NCBI GenBank assembly: GCA_963767925.1
Contig: CAVYGB010000008.1
Span: 1,408,001-1,472,000 of the forward strand
Source: an uncultured delta proteobacterium
GTDB lineage: Bacteria; Myxococcota_A; Polyangia; Fen-1088
Reading direction: 5' to 3'
Length of the DNA: 64,000 nt
A program made the translations under genes and the position numbers. Shown here piece by piece: positions 48,805-59,046 of this stretch. How positions within the stretch are numbered: position 1 is the first letter of the stretch; each line of letters opens with the position of its first letter. The notes under the pieces were generated by a model. That model saw nothing but the letters and a program-made list of their open reading frames with translations. It searched no databases and was not told where the DNA came from.

Positions 48805-51800
48805 AAAAACCATTCGTTGCGAATCTCCTCGCGTATCTCCTGGTCAGCCTGGCGGAGGGTCCTCATGCGATGGCGATGGCACAGGCGCCGTCCCCGCCGG
48901 CGCCCCTGCAGGCCCCTCCGGCCGCGGCGCAGCCGGCCACCCCGCCCGCGACCCAGCCGGCCGCCCCGGCCGCGGTCCAGCCGACGCCTCCTCCCTCACC
49001 GGCCGCCGAGCCACCGGCCAATGCCCAACCTTCGGGGCCGCCCACGCCGCCGCCTGCCCCCAACCCGGCCGGCGCTCCCCCGCCGCCCCCCGCTGGCCAG
49101 CCTCCGGGCGAGCCAGGTGCCACCCCCGGCGTGCGGCGACGGCCCGGCGACGTGATCCGACCCTCCGTGCGACGAACGAGCCGCACCACCCGGCCGGCAG
49201 CGGCCCGACCGGTCACCGCGCCCGGCACGCCGGCCGCGCCGGCTCCCGCCCCCGCCCAGGTGGGTACCCCCGCTCCCGGCAGCACCCCGGCCGGCGCCAC
49301 CGGCGCCTTGCCCGGCGCCTCGCCCTCCACCCCCAACGTGCTCCTGCCGACCGCCAACCCCGAAGGCGTGATGGAGCTCCCCGGGGAGAAGGAGTTCAAC
49401 CAGTGCAAGAAGGTTCCCCCGGGTAAGCGGATCCTCAAGTTCAGCTTCAAGCCCGAGACCGAGATCACCGACCTCATCGGCTGGATCTCGGCCATCAGCT
49501 GCACCCAGTTCCTGATCGGCGGCACGCCGGTCGCTGGCAAGAAGGTCACGGTGATGTCCCCCCAGCTCATCACCCTGGAGGAGGCCTACCGCCTGTTCCT
49601 GGGCGCGCTGGAGTCGGTCAACCTGACCGTCGAGCCGATGGGCAAGTTCCTGCGCATCGTCGACACGAGCCGGGCCCGCTTCTCGAACCTCCCCTTCCAG
49701 AAGAACGGCTCGGTCGACCCCCAGCAGAGCGACAAGCGCTACGTGACCCGGCTGTTCCGCTTCGATCACCTCGACCCGAACGAGGTGATGAACCTGTACA
49801 ACCAGGTGCGCGGTGAGCAGGGCATCGCGGTGGCCTTCCAGGGCTCCCTCATCATCACCGACCAGGCGGTGATGCTCGATCGCTTCGGCGAGATCATCCG
49901 TGAGCTCGACCAGCCCTCGGTCATCAAGGAGAAGATCTGGATGGTCCGGGTGCGGAACACCTCGGCCACCGAGATGGCGGGCCGCCTGGCCGAGATCTTC
50001 GCCGTCCAGCAGATGGGCACCGGAGGACGGCGGGTGGGCGGCGCCCCCGGCATGCCGGTGTCGGCTCCTCCGCCCCCCGCGGCGGGCGCCCGGAGCCCCC
50101 AGACGGTCAAGCGGGTCGATCTGGCCTCGCAGCTCAGCATCACCAAGCTCATCCCCGACGAACGCTCCAATCAGCTCATCGTGGTGGCCAACGAGCAGGC
50201 CTACGAGTGGTTGCTCACCATCATGAAGAAGCTCGACGTGCCCATCGAGGGCGGCGGCGACGGGCGCTTCCACATCTACTACTGCGAGCACGCCAACTGC
50301 GACGAGCTGGCCGCCACGCTGAGCGCGGTCACCGGGGTCTCGGTGATCGGTGGGGTAGGGGCCCGCCGCACGTCCCGGACCTCGGTCCCCGGCGCGCCCG
50401 CCCCGCCCATCGCCCCCAGCCCGACCCAGAACGCCCAGGGCCAGCAGCCCTCCCAGCTCTTCGAGGGGGACGTCCGCGTCACCTTCGACGCCGCCACCAA
50501 CTCGCTGGTGGTCTATTCGTCGCTCAAGGACTTCCAGTCGCTCCGGCGGGTCATCGAGAAGCTCGACGGTCCCCGCAAGCAGGTCTACGTCGAGGCGATG
50601 ATCCTCGAGGTCCTGCTCGACAAGAGCCGGGACATGGGGGTGGCCTACCACGGCGGCAAGGGCCTCAGCGTGGGGGGTTACGACAGCGTGGCCCTGGGCG
50701 GCTTCGACGCGGGCAAGACCCTGAGCCCCGCCTCGCTGGCCGGCGACCTGGTGGGCCTGGCAGGCGCGGTCTTCGGTCCGGCCCTCGAGGCCAGCACCAG
50801 CCGGCTGTTCGGCACCCAGGTGGACATCCCCTCCTTCGGGGCCTTCATCAAGCTCCTGCAGAAGAACAACGACGTCAACGTGCTGTCGACGCCCCACCTC
50901 CTCATCACCAACAACCAGGAGGGTGAGATCTCGGTGGGGCAGCGGCTGCCTTTCCCGGGCGGCTTCCTGGGCGGCTTCGGCGGCGGTATCCCCGGTCAGC
51001 AGGCGGCGGGCGGCCTCGGCGGTCTGCTGGGCGGCACCTCGGTCACCCGCGAGGACGTCTCGCTGCGCATGAAGCTCATCCCCAGCGTCAACGAGTACAA
51101 CATGATCCGGCTCGACGTCGACGTGGAGATCTCCGACCTGGCCTCCCCGAACTTCAACGGGCTGGGGCCCGCCACCACCAAGCGCACGGCCAAGACGCCG
51201 GTGGTGTGCAAGGACCAGCAGACGGTGGTCATCGGCGGCCTCATGTCGGATCGCCAGTCCGACACCGTCTCCAAGATCCCGGTCCTGGGCGACATCCCCG
51301 TGCTGGGCTTCTTCTTCCGCAACACCTCCAAGCAGCTCGTCAAATCCAACATCATCATCGCCCTCACCCCCTACGTGATCAACGACATGGAGGATCTGCG
51401 CCGGGTGGCGGAGAAGAAGATGCGCGAGCGCCGCGAGTTCATCGAGCGCTTCAGCGCGGTCGAGGACAAGGCCGACTTCGACGCCTCGATCGACTACCGG
51501 CGCAAGCGGGGCATGCTCGAGGAGATCAACCGGGCCGCCCGGGAGATCGACGACGAGGAGGCCGCCCTGCGGGTCATCCGCGAGCGCGAGCTGCAGGACG
51601 AGTCGACGCCGATCGAGCCGCCGGGCCAGGGACGGCCCCGCGCCGGCGAGCCGGGGGGACCGGCGGGCACCACCACCCCCGCCTCCAGCAAGGAGCCGGT
51701 CAAGCCGGAGCCACCCGTCCCCGCCGCCACCGAGCAGCCGGCGCCCGCCCCCCAGGCCGCCCCGGTCAAGCCGCCCGCGCCCGCCGGCGACCGGCGGGAG

Positions 51801-52037
51801 GTGGGGCAGGCCCCGCTGCCGGCGAGCACCCAGCCGATCCCGGGTCCCGCCGCGCGCCAGAAGGCCGCCCTGCGGACGCCCATCGCCCGCCTGGCGCCGG
51901 CGCGCAAGCTGATCAAGCCCGCGCTGGCCCGGCCGGCGCTGGTCAAGGCGGGCGCCACCACGGCGCGCGCCGGGTCCAGGCCGGGCACGAACGTGCGGGC
52001 CGGATACAAGCCGGCCCGGCTGCGGCGAAAGCAGTAA
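48801..52037 (+). CDS. gspD: Type II secretion secretin
   Basis: N domains, DERSNQLIV, IEKLDGPRKQVYVEAMILEV, NVLSTPHL and KIPVLGDIPVLGFFFR. Confidence 0.96.
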   Translation: MKKPFVANLLAYLLVSLAEGPHAMAMAQAPSPPAPLQAPPAAAQPATPPATQPAAPAAVQPTPPPSPAAEPPANAQPSGPPTPPPAPNPAGAPPPPPAGQPPGEPGATPGVRRRPGDVIRPSVRRTSRTTRPAAARPVTAPGTPAAPAPAPAQVGTPAPGSTPAGATGALPGASPSTPNVLLPTANPEGVMELPGEKEFNQCKKVPPGKRILKFSFKPETEITDLIGWISAISCTQFLIGGTPVAGKKVTVMSPQLITLEEAYRLFLGALESVNLTVEPMGKFLRIVDTSRARFSNLPFQKNGSVDPQQSDKRYVTRLFRFDHLDPNEVMNLYNQVRGEQGIAVAFQGSLIITDQAVMLDRFGEIIRELDQPSVIKEKIWMVRVRNTSATEMAGRLAEIFAVQQMGTGGRRVGGAPGMPVSAPPPPAAGARSPQTVKRVDLASQLSITKLIPDERSNQLIVVANEQAYEWLLTIMKKLDVPIEGGGDGRFHIYYCEHANCDELAATLSAVTGVSVIGGVGARRTSRTSVPGAPAPPIAPSPTQNAQGQQPSQLFEGDVRVTFDAATNSLVVYSSLKDFQSLRRVIEKLDGPRKQVYVEAMILEVLLDKSRDMGVAYHGGKGLSVGGYDSVALGGFDAGKTLSPASLAGDLVGLAGAVFGPALEASTSRLFGTQVDIPSFGAFIKLLQKNNDVNVLSTPHLLITNNQEGEISVGQRLPFPGGFLGGFGGGIPGQQAAGGLGGLLGGTSVTREDVSLRMKLIPSVNEYNMIRLDVDVEISDLASPNFNGLGPATTKRTAKTPVVCKDQQTVVIGGLMSDRQSDTVSKIPVLGDIPVLGFFFRNTSKQLVKSNIIIALTPYVINDMEDLRRVAEKKMRERREFIERFSAVEDKADFDASIDYRRKRGMLEEINRAAREIDDEEAALRVIRERELQDESTPIEPPGQGRPRAGEPGGPAGTTTPASSKEPVKPEPPVPAATEQPAPAPQAAPVKPPAPAGDRREVGQAPLPASTQPIPGPAARQKAALRTPIARLAPARKLIKPALARPALVKAGATTARAGSRPGTNVRAGYKPARLRRKQ

Positions 52038-52042
52038 CGGAG

Positions 52043-53791
52043 ATGGTGCAAAAGCGCATCGGCGAGATCCTTGTCGAGAGGGAGGGCCTGTCGCCCGACC
52101 TCCTCGAGCAGGCCCTCGCCAACCAGGAGAAGGAGGGGGGCCGCCTGGGCGAGGTGCTGGTCAAGATGCGGGCCGCCACCGAGGAGGCGGTCTTGCGGGC
52201 CCTCGGCATCCAGCTCGGCATCGGCTTCTCCGCCGAGCTCCGGCTCGACGAGGTGGACGGCGATCTGGCGACCCGCGTCCCCATCGGGTTCTCCAAGCAG
52301 CACCGGGCCTTGCCGGTCAAGCGGGAGGGCGACGGGGTGCTCGTCGCCACCGCCGATCCCCTCGATCTGGGGGCCCTCGACGACATCCGGGCCCTGCTCG
52401 GCACCGACATCTTCCCCATCCTGGTCCCCTCGCAGAAGATCCTCGACGCCATCAACCACGTCCATGGCCAGCGCCACGACAAGGGCGGCGAGCTCGGCGA
52501 GACCGAAGAGGACGAGATGGCGGCGGTCGCCGAGGAGCTCGTCGACATCCTCGACGTCAACGACGAGGCGCCCATCATCCGCTGGGTCAACTCGCTGCTC
52601 TTCAACGGCGTCAAGGAGCGGGCCAGCGATATCCACATCGAGCCCGGAGAAAAGGAGGTCATCGTCCGCTACCGCATCGACGGGGTCCTCTACGAGAAGC
52701 GGCACGCCGCCCGGCAGTTTCTCCCTTCGATCATCGCCCGCGTGAAGATCATGGCCGGCCTCAACATCGCCGAGAAGCGGCTGCCCCAGGACGGCCGCAT
52801 CCGCCGCAAGATCGCCGGCAAGGACATCGACATGCGCGTCGCCACCGCCCCCACCGTCAAGGGCGGCGAACGGATCACGATCCGCCTCCTCGACCGGGAG
52901 AACGTGCTGCACGACCTGGCCGACATCGGCTTCGGCGACGACCACCTCAAGGCGATGGACGATCTGATCCATCGACCCCACGGCATCTTGCTGGTCACCG
53001 GCCCCACCGGCTCGGGCAAGACCACCACGCTTTACGCGGCGCTCTCGCGGATCAACTCCCCCGACCTCAACATCCTCACCATCGAGGATCCGGTGGAGTA
53101 TCAGCTCGACGGGATCTCGCAGGTGGCGGTCAACGACAAGATCGATCTCACCTTCGCGACCGGCCTGCGCTCCTTCCTCCGCCACGACCCCGACGTCATC
53201 ATGGTGGGCGAGATCCGGGATCTCCCCACCGCCGAGATCGCCATCCAGGCCTCGCTGACCGGCCACCTCGTGCTCTCCACCATCCACACCAACGACGCCG
53301 CGGGGGCCATCACCCGCCTCGTCGAGCTGGGGGTGCAGCCCTTCCTCGTCGCCACCTCCCTGGTGGGCCTGCTGGCCCAGCGGCTCGTGCGGCGGGTCTG
53401 CCCCGACTGCCGTCAGCTCTACCGTCCCCCGGCCGAGGACCTGACCAGCCTGGGCCTCGACCCCGAGGCCTTCTTCGCCGGGCGCGCCCGGCGGGCGGTC
53501 TTCAAGAACGAGTCTCCTCCCACCCCCGGGATGTTGTTCGGCGCCCGCGAAGGCGGGTGCTCGAACTGCCTGGGCGCGGGCTACCGGGGACGGACCGCCA
53601 TCTACGAGCTGCTCATGGTCGACGACACAATCCGCCAGCTCGCCAACAAGAACACCGACGGACCGACCATCAAGAAGACCGCGGTCAGCCGCGGCCTGCG
53701 GACGCTGCGCGACGACGGCGCCCAGAAGGTGCTGGCCGGGCTGACCACCGCCGCGGAGGTCCTCATGCTGACCGCCGAGGACGTGGATTAA
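52043..53791 (+). CDS. gspE: Type II secretion ATPase
   Basis: RASDIHIEP, EKRLPQDGRI, GPTGSGKTTTLY, TIEDPVEY, LRHDPDVIMVGEIRD and CxxC pairs. Confidence 0.96.
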   Translation: MVQKRIGEILVEREGLSPDLLEQALANQEKEGGRLGEVLVKMRAATEEAVLRALGIQLGIGFSAELRLDEVDGDLATRVPIGFSKQHRALPVKREGDGVLVATADPLDLGALDDIRALLGTDIFPILVPSQKILDAINHVHGQRHDKGGELGETEEDEMAAVAEELVDILDVNDEAPIIRWVNSLLFNGVKERASDIHIEPGEKEVIVRYRIDGVLYEKRHAARQFLPSIIARVKIMAGLNIAEKRLPQDGRIRRKIAGKDIDMRVATAPTVKGGERITIRLLDRENVLHDLADIGFGDDHLKAMDDLIHRPHGILLVTGPTGSGKTTTLYAALSRINSPDLNILTIEDPVEYQLDGISQVAVNDKIDLTFATGLRSFLRHDPDVIMVGEIRDLPTAEIAIQASLTGHLVLSTIHTNDAAGAITRLVELGVQPFLVATSLVGLLAQRLVRRVCPDCRQLYRPPAEDLTSLGLDPEAFFAGRARRAVFKNESPPTPGMLFGAREGGCSNCLGAGYRGRTAIYELLMVDDTIRQLANKNTDGPTIKKTAVSRGLRTLRDDGAQKVLAGLTTAAEVLMLTAEDVD

Positions 53792-53794
53792 GCG

Positions 53795-55066
53795 ATGCCC
53801 CTTTACGCCTGGAAGGGTCTCGACGCCGGCGGCAAGACCATCAACGGTACGCGGGAGGCCGACGGCCCCAAGATGCTGCGGCAGGTCCTGCGCAAGGACG
53901 CCGTCTTCCTCACCGACATGCGGGAGGTCTCGGCGGGCAAGGCCAACGCCAAGGCCAGCGGGGCGGGGGCGGCCGCCGCCCCAGGCCAGTCTGTGTTCAA
54001 GCGGGAGGTCGACCTCGGGCGCCTGCTCGAGCGGGTCCGCCCGCAGGAGGTGTCGATCTTCACCCGCCAGCTCGCCACCCTGCTCAAGGCCGGCATCCCG
54101 CTGGCCGAGGGGCTCTCGGCGCTGGCCGAGCAGTCGGACAACCGCAAGCTGCAACTCATCCTGGCCGGCATCCGCCAGCGGGTGAACGAGGGGGGGGCCC
54201 TCGCCGAGGCGATGGCCCAGCACAACAAGGTCTTCCCCGAGCTGTACACGAACATGGTCCGGTCGGGCGAGGCGGCCGGCAACCTCGACGCCGTCCTGGC
54301 CCGCCTGGCCGAGTTCCTCGACGAGCAGATCGCCCTGCGCTCGAAGGTCTCGGGGGCCCTCACCTATCCCCTCGTGATGGCCGGTCTCGGCAGCGTGGTG
54401 ATGGCCATCCTCATGGTGGTGGTCATCCCCCAGATCGCGACCGTGTTCGAGGACTCGGGCAAGGCCTTGCCCTGGAACACCCAGCTCCTCATCTTCATGG
54501 CGCACATCGCCGGCGGCTACTGGTGGGCCGTCATTCCCATCCTGATCGTCGGCGTCATCGTGGTTCGTCGCTGGACCCAGACGGCCCGGGGGCGAGCGGT
54601 TGTGGATCGTGTGAGCCTGCGAATGTGGGTGGTGGGTCCGCTGCTCCGCTTCGTGGCGATGGCCCGCTTCTCCCGCACCCTCGCCACCATGCTGGCCTCG
54701 GGCGTACCCCTGCTGACCGCCCTCGAGATCGTCAAGAAGGTGCTCAACAACGTGGTGCTCGAGAAGGTTGTCGAGGAGGCCCGCGACACCATCCGGGAGG
54801 GCGAATCGATCGCGGTGACCCTCAAGCGTTCCGGTCAGTTCCCGGCCATGATGTGCCACATGATCGCAGTGGGGGAGCGGTCCGGCCAGCTCGAGTCGAT
54901 GCTGGAGAACGTGGCCGAGGCTTACGAGCGCGACGTCGAGTCCAAGGTGGCGCGGCTGACGGCGCTGCTGTCGCCGCTGATGATCGTCATCATGGGGATC
55001 GGGGTGGGGTTCATGGTTTTCTCCATCCTGGGCCCCATCATGGGGATGCAGGAAATGGTTCAGTGA
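53795..55066 (+). CDS. gspF: Type II secretion inner-membrane platform protein
   Basis: FTRQLATLLKAGIPL, GEAAGNLD, ALTYP and GERSGQLESML. Confidence 0.96.
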   Translation: MPLYAWKGLDAGGKTINGTREADGPKMLRQVLRKDAVFLTDMREVSAGKANAKASGAGAAAAPGQSVFKREVDLGRLLERVRPQEVSIFTRQLATLLKAGIPLAEGLSALAEQSDNRKLQLILAGIRQRVNEGGALAEAMAQHNKVFPELYTNMVRSGEAAGNLDAVLARLAEFLDEQIALRSKVSGALTYPLVMAGLGSVVMAILMVVVIPQIATVFEDSGKALPWNTQLLIFMAHIAGGYWWAVIPILIVGVIVVRRWTQTARGRAVVDRVSLRMWVVGPLLRFVAMARFSRTLATMLASGVPLLTALEIVKKVLNNVVLEKVVEEARDTIREGESIAVTLKRSGQFPAMMCHMIAVGERSGQLESMLENVAEAYERDVESKVARLTALLSPLMIVIMGIGVGFMVFSILGPIMGMQEMVQ

Positions 55067-55083
55067 GCGGAGGAACAACGAAA

Positions 55084-55515
55084 ATGAAACGTACGATGGA
55101 AACCTTGCAGCTTCGCTGGCGACAGCGCGGAAAAGGCGGGGGCGGGCACGAGGCGGGCATGACCCTGCTCGAGATCATGATCGTGATCGCCCTCATCGGC
55201 CTCGTCATGGGGTCGATCGGGTTCGGCCTCAACGCCTACTTCAAGAAGGGCCAGATCAAGACCGCCAAGATCGCGGTCACCCAGATCTCCCAGGCCGCCC
55301 AGCAGTACATGATGGAAAACAACAGCAACTGCCCCAACGGGGTCGACGACCTCGTCAACAACCGCAACCTGGCCAAGAAGCCCCGCGATCCCTGGGGCCG
55401 CGAATACGTCCTCAAGTGCCCGGGCACCGGCGACCCCGACGGGGTCGACGTGACCTCCACCGGGCCGGACCGCCAGGAGGGCAGCGCCGACGACATCAAG
55501 TCCTGGGATCAATAA
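55084..55515 (+). CDS. gspG: Major pseudopilin
   Basis: AG/MTLLEIMIVIALIG cleavage site, DPWGREY and STGPD...ADDI. Confidence 0.9.
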   Translation: MKRTMETLQLRWRQRGKGGGGHEAGMTLLEIMIVIALIGLVMGSIGFGLNAYFKKGQIKTAKIAVTQISQAAQQYMMENNSNCPNGVDDLVNNRNLAKKPRDPWGREYVLKCPGTGDPDGVDVTSTGPDRQEGSADDIKSWDQ

Positions 55516-55554
55516 CGGAGGCGACGGCGCGAGGTCTGGCAGGGAGCTGAGTCG

Positions 55555-56301
55555 ATGAACGGGGGCGAGACGCGAGCACGGGTGCGGGCGGGCGGGTTCA
55601 CGCTGCTCGAGATGATGTTCGTGCTGGGCCTGGTCGGGCTGCTGAGCGCCTCGGTGGTGACCGGCTTCCGCTCGTTCGCCAAGAGCGAGCTGCGCGGATC
55701 CGCCTCCAAGCTCGCGGGGGCCATCCGCTACCTGTTCGACCGGGCCTCCACCACCGGCAAGATCCACCGCCTCGTTTTCGACTTCGAGGAGGGCAAGTAC
55801 TGGGCGGAGGTGTCCGACGACCGGTTCTTCATGCCCCGGGAGCGCGAGACCGACGAGAGCCGGCAGCGGGACGTCGAGGTCGAGGCGGAGCGGTTGAAGG
55901 CGGAGAAGGAGGCGGAGGAGCGGGGCACCTCGTACTCCGACGACGAGGCCCTCCTCGATCCCTCCCGCTATCAGCCGACCGAGTGGAAGCCCAAGCGGGC
56001 CCGCTTCGAGATGTTCGCCGAGAAGGCCCTCAAGACGGTCGAGCTCCGCAACGCCAAGCTGGCCGGGCTGTTCACCCCCCGCTACGCCCAGCCCATCGCC
56101 ACCGGCAAGGGGTACCTCTACTTCTTCCCGCTGGGCCAGACCGAGCCCGCCATCGTGCACGTCTCGGACGCGGAGGGGGAGTCGTTCTTCTCGCTGCTGG
56201 TGCATCCCCTGAACGGGCGGGTCCAGGTCCAGGCCGGCTATGTCGCCCCCCGCGTCGATGAGCAGTTCGACGACGAGGGGAACCGGGTCGATGAAAAATG
56301 A
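55555..56301 (+). CDS. gspH: Minor pseudopilin H
   Basis: GG/FTLLEMMFVLGLVG; position in the operon. Confidence 0.8.
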   Translation: MNGGETRARVRAGGFTLLEMMFVLGLVGLLSASVVTGFRSFAKSELRGSASKLAGAIRYLFDRASTTGKIHRLVFDFEEGKYWAEVSDDRFFMPRERETDESRQRDVEVEAERLKAEKEAEERGTSYSDDEALLDPSRYQPTEWKPKRARFEMFAEKALKTVELRNAKLAGLFTPRYAQPIATGKGYLYFFPLGQTEPAIVHVSDAEGESFFSLLVHPLNGRVQVQAGYVAPRVDEQFDDEGNRVDEK

Positions 56302-56981
56302 GACGCCAGCTCCACCCCGCGGGCGGATTCTCCCTGCTCGAGGTCATGGTCGCGCTGGCCATCCTGGCGATGGCCCTGGTGGTGCTGATCGGGATCACCA
56401 CCGACAACGTTCGCAACACCCAGCACGCCAAGATGGTCACCATCGCCACCTTCCTGGCCCGGACCAAGATGGCCGAGATCGAGGACCTGGTCCTCGAGGA
56501 GGGCTTCACCGAGAACGACTCGGAGGAGGAGGGGGACTTCTCGGCCGAGGGCTGGCCCCAGATCTTCTGGAAGACGCTCATCGAGAAGATCGAGCTGCCC
56601 TCGGACATCGCCCAGCAGACCCAGGAGGCCGCCCAGGGGGCCATGGACGAGCAGAGCGACAACCCACTGGCGGCGATGGCCGGCTTCATGGGGGGCTTCA
56701 TGTCCACCTTGATCGAGCCGGTCCGGGTGGGCCTGGAAGAATCGGTCCGGCGGGTCACGGTGAGGGTCTCCTGGCACGAGGTGGGGCGCCCCGATCGCTC
56801 GTTCGAGGTCGACACCTTCATGACCGATCCCGCGAAGCTGGACCTGGCGGTCCAGGCGATCGGCCAGCCGCCGGGCGGCGCCAACCCCCAGGGCGGCACC
56901 CAGCCTCAGCAACCGGGAGGCACCCGGCCGCCCGGCGTGCAGCCCCCAGCCAACCAGCCACCGCCCGGAGGCAGCCGATGA
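56298..56981 (+). CDS. gspI: Minor pseudopilin I
   Basis: GG/FSLLEVMVALAILA, LARTKMAEIE and VRRVTVRVSW; ATGA overlap with the previous gene. Confidence 0.85.
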   Translation: MRRQLHPAGGFSLLEVMVALAILAMALVVLIGITTDNVRNTQHAKMVTIATFLARTKMAEIEDLVLEEGFTENDSEEEGDFSAEGWPQIFWKTLIEKIELPSDIAQQTQEAAQGAMDEQSDNPLAAMAGFMGGFMSTLIEPVRVGLEESVRRVTVRVSWHEVGRPDRSFEVDTFMTDPAKLDLAVQAIGQPPGGANPQGGTQPQQPGGTRPPGVQPPANQPPPGGSR

Positions 56982-57694
56982 CCAGCCCTCACCCGGTCCC
57001 CCGGTCCCGGTCCCGCGAAGGGGCCGCCGGCTTCACCTTGCTGGAGGTCATCCTCGCCTTCGCCATCCTCGGCTTCATCACCACCATCCTCTGGGGCAGC
57101 TTCACCCAGACCGCCGCCATCAAGAAGCGCACCGAAGCGACGCAGGAGCGGGCCCACGCCGCCCGGGTGGCGCTGATGCGCCTGTCGCGCGAGCTGGAGA
57201 TGGCCTTCCTGTCCGACTCGGAGAACCCCTTCGCCACCGAGCGGCGTACGATGTTCATCTCCACCGCCCACCGGGAGGTCGACGAGCTGCGCTTCTCCTG
57301 GTTCGGTCGCCAGCGCCTGCGGGGCGACATCCCCGAGGCCGACAGCTCCCTGGTGATGTATTACGCCGAGCCCGACCCGGATGACCGGGCGGTCCTCAAC
57401 CTCATGCGACGGGAGACCCGCCGCCTGGAGGCCTCCGACCCCCGCACGGTGCTCGGGGAGTCTTACGTGCTTTGCCCCGGCATCTCCCGGGTCAAGTTCT
57501 CCTTCTTCGACTACAAGAAGAAGGAGTGGCGCGAGGAGTGGACCACGGTGGGCGTCGACGGCCTCCAGTACCTGCCCACCCACGTGCGCATCCAGCTCAC
57601 CATCTTCGACGAGCGGGGCGAGGAGAAGACCTTCACCAGCTCGGCCCGGATCATGATGACCGAGCGGGTCGCCTACCGGCCGGTGCGCTCGTGA
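56978..57694 (+). CDS. gspJ: Minor pseudopilin J
   Basis: AG/FTLLEVILAFAIL and EWREEW...LPTHVRIQL; ATGA overlap. Confidence 0.85.
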   Translation: MTSPHPVPRSRSREGAAGFTLLEVILAFAILGFITTILWGSFTQTAAIKKRTEATQERAHAARVALMRLSRELEMAFLSDSENPFATERRTMFISTAHREVDELRFSWFGRQRLRGDIPEADSSLVMYYAEPDPDDRAVLNLMRRETRRLEASDPRTVLGESYVLCPGISRVKFSFFDYKKKEWREEWTTVGVDGLQYLPTHVRIQLTIFDERGEEKTFTSSARIMMTERVAYRPVRS

Positions 57695-59040
57695 GGATCG
57701 CCCTGCGCCTGCTGCTCCAGCGCTTCCGGGCCCGCAAGCAGCGCGACGGCGAGAGTGGGGTGGCGCTCCTGATGAGCATCTCCATGCTGGCGCTGCTCAT
57801 CGCCCTCACCTCGGAGTTCACCTACAGCACGAGCATCCACGCCATGCAGGCGGCCAACGCCCGCGACGAGGTGCGGGCCCACTACCTGGCCCGCTCCGCC
57901 GTCTCGATCTCCCGCCTGCTCATCAAGATCCAGCAGCGCTTCGTCGAGCCCGTGATGCGCCAGGCCCAGCAACTGCTGAGCCAGGCCACCGGGGGGGACC
58001 TGGCGGTCAGCCTGCGCCTGACCGACTACGCCGGCCCCATCATGGGCTTTTTCGGGGGCTCCAAGGAAGAAGTGAAGATGCTCGGCAGCCTCGTCGGCAT
58101 CGACGTGGGCGAGGCCAAGGGGCTGGGCCTCAAGGCCGGCAACATGGACGCCGAGATCTCCACCGAAGACGGGAAGATCGACATCAACTGCGGCAGCGGG
58201 CAGACCGCCACCCGCCCCCGGCAGATCACGGTGTTCCGCCTGCTCTCGGCCCTGTTCTATTCGCCCCGCTACAACAACCTGTTCTCCGAGCCGAACGCCC
58301 AGGGTCAGATCATCGAGCGGACCGACCTGGCCCGGGCCATCGTGGACTGGGCCGACGGCGACGTGCAGGGCTTCAGCGTCGAACCGGGAGGAGGCGGCTC
58401 CGAGGACTACCGTTACGACGCCGGGCGGGACCGCTACCGGGCCCACGACAACAGCTACGACACGGTAGAGGAGGTCGGGCTGGTGCGGGGCATGGACGCC
58501 CGCATGCTCGAGGCCTTCTTGCCCTATCTGACGGTCTACGCGAGCGATCAGCGCCAGAACTGCCGGGTCAACCTGGCCTCGATCAAGGGAGACTGCACCC
58601 CCTTGCTGGTCGGGCTCATCCGGGCGGCCCTCATCCGCGATCCCAACCGGCCCCCCAGCGACCCCACCATCCTCGACGACAACCGGGTCTACCCCCTGGC
58701 CAGCATCCTGTGCGAGCGAGGGACGGCGGTGGGGTTCGACAGCATCGACACCATCGTCTCGGTCCTGTCGAACCCCCAGGCCTCCATCGCCCGCGACGAT
58801 CCCCGCTACGCCCTCATGCAGACCATGCGCGGGTTGACCATCACCCGCGGGGATCTCGAGCAGGTGGCCTACGTGGGCGAGCCCCGGGTGTACCGGATCG
58901 TCGCCACCGGCGAGGCGGGCAAGGTGAAAAAGAAGATCACCGCCATCCTCGATACCGCCCGCTCCCTGGACAACCCCGTGACCCAGAACCCCCAGGCCGA
59001 AAAAGCGGCCGGCGTCTTGCAGTACTGGCGTGAAGAGTAA
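57691..59040 (+). CDS. gspK: Minor pseudopilin K
   Basis: SG/VALL without Glu5, [24 protein letters not shown] and YWRE end. Confidence 0.9.
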   Translation: MRIALRLLLQRFRARKQRDGESGVALLMSISMLALLIALTSEFTYSTSIHAMQAANARDEVRAHYLARSAVSISRLLIKIQQRFVEPVMRQAQQLLSQATGGDLAVSLRLTDYAGPIMGFFGGSKEEVKMLGSLVGIDVGEAKGLGLKAGNMDAEISTEDGKIDINCGSGQTATRPRQITVFRLLSALFYSPRYNNLFSEPNAQGQIIERTDLARAIVDWADGDVQGFSVEPGGGGSEDYRYDAGRDRYRAHDNSYDTVEEVGLVRGMDARMLEAFLPYLTVYASDQRQNCRVNLASIKGDCTPLLVGLIRAALIRDPNRPPSDPTILDDNRVYPLASILCERGTAVGFDSIDTIVSVLSNPQASIARDDPRYALMQTMRGLTITRGDLEQVAYVGEPRVYRIVATGEAGKVKKKITAILDTARSLDNPVTQNPQAEKAAGVLQYWREE

Positions 59041-59046
59041 AGGCAC

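Noticed and set aside
51206..52042. Long N-terminal extensions on the GspE, GspG, GspJ, GspK and GspN ORF calls
   Set aside because: They overlap upstream genes out of frame; the true starts are 52043, 55084, 56978, 57691 and 61265.
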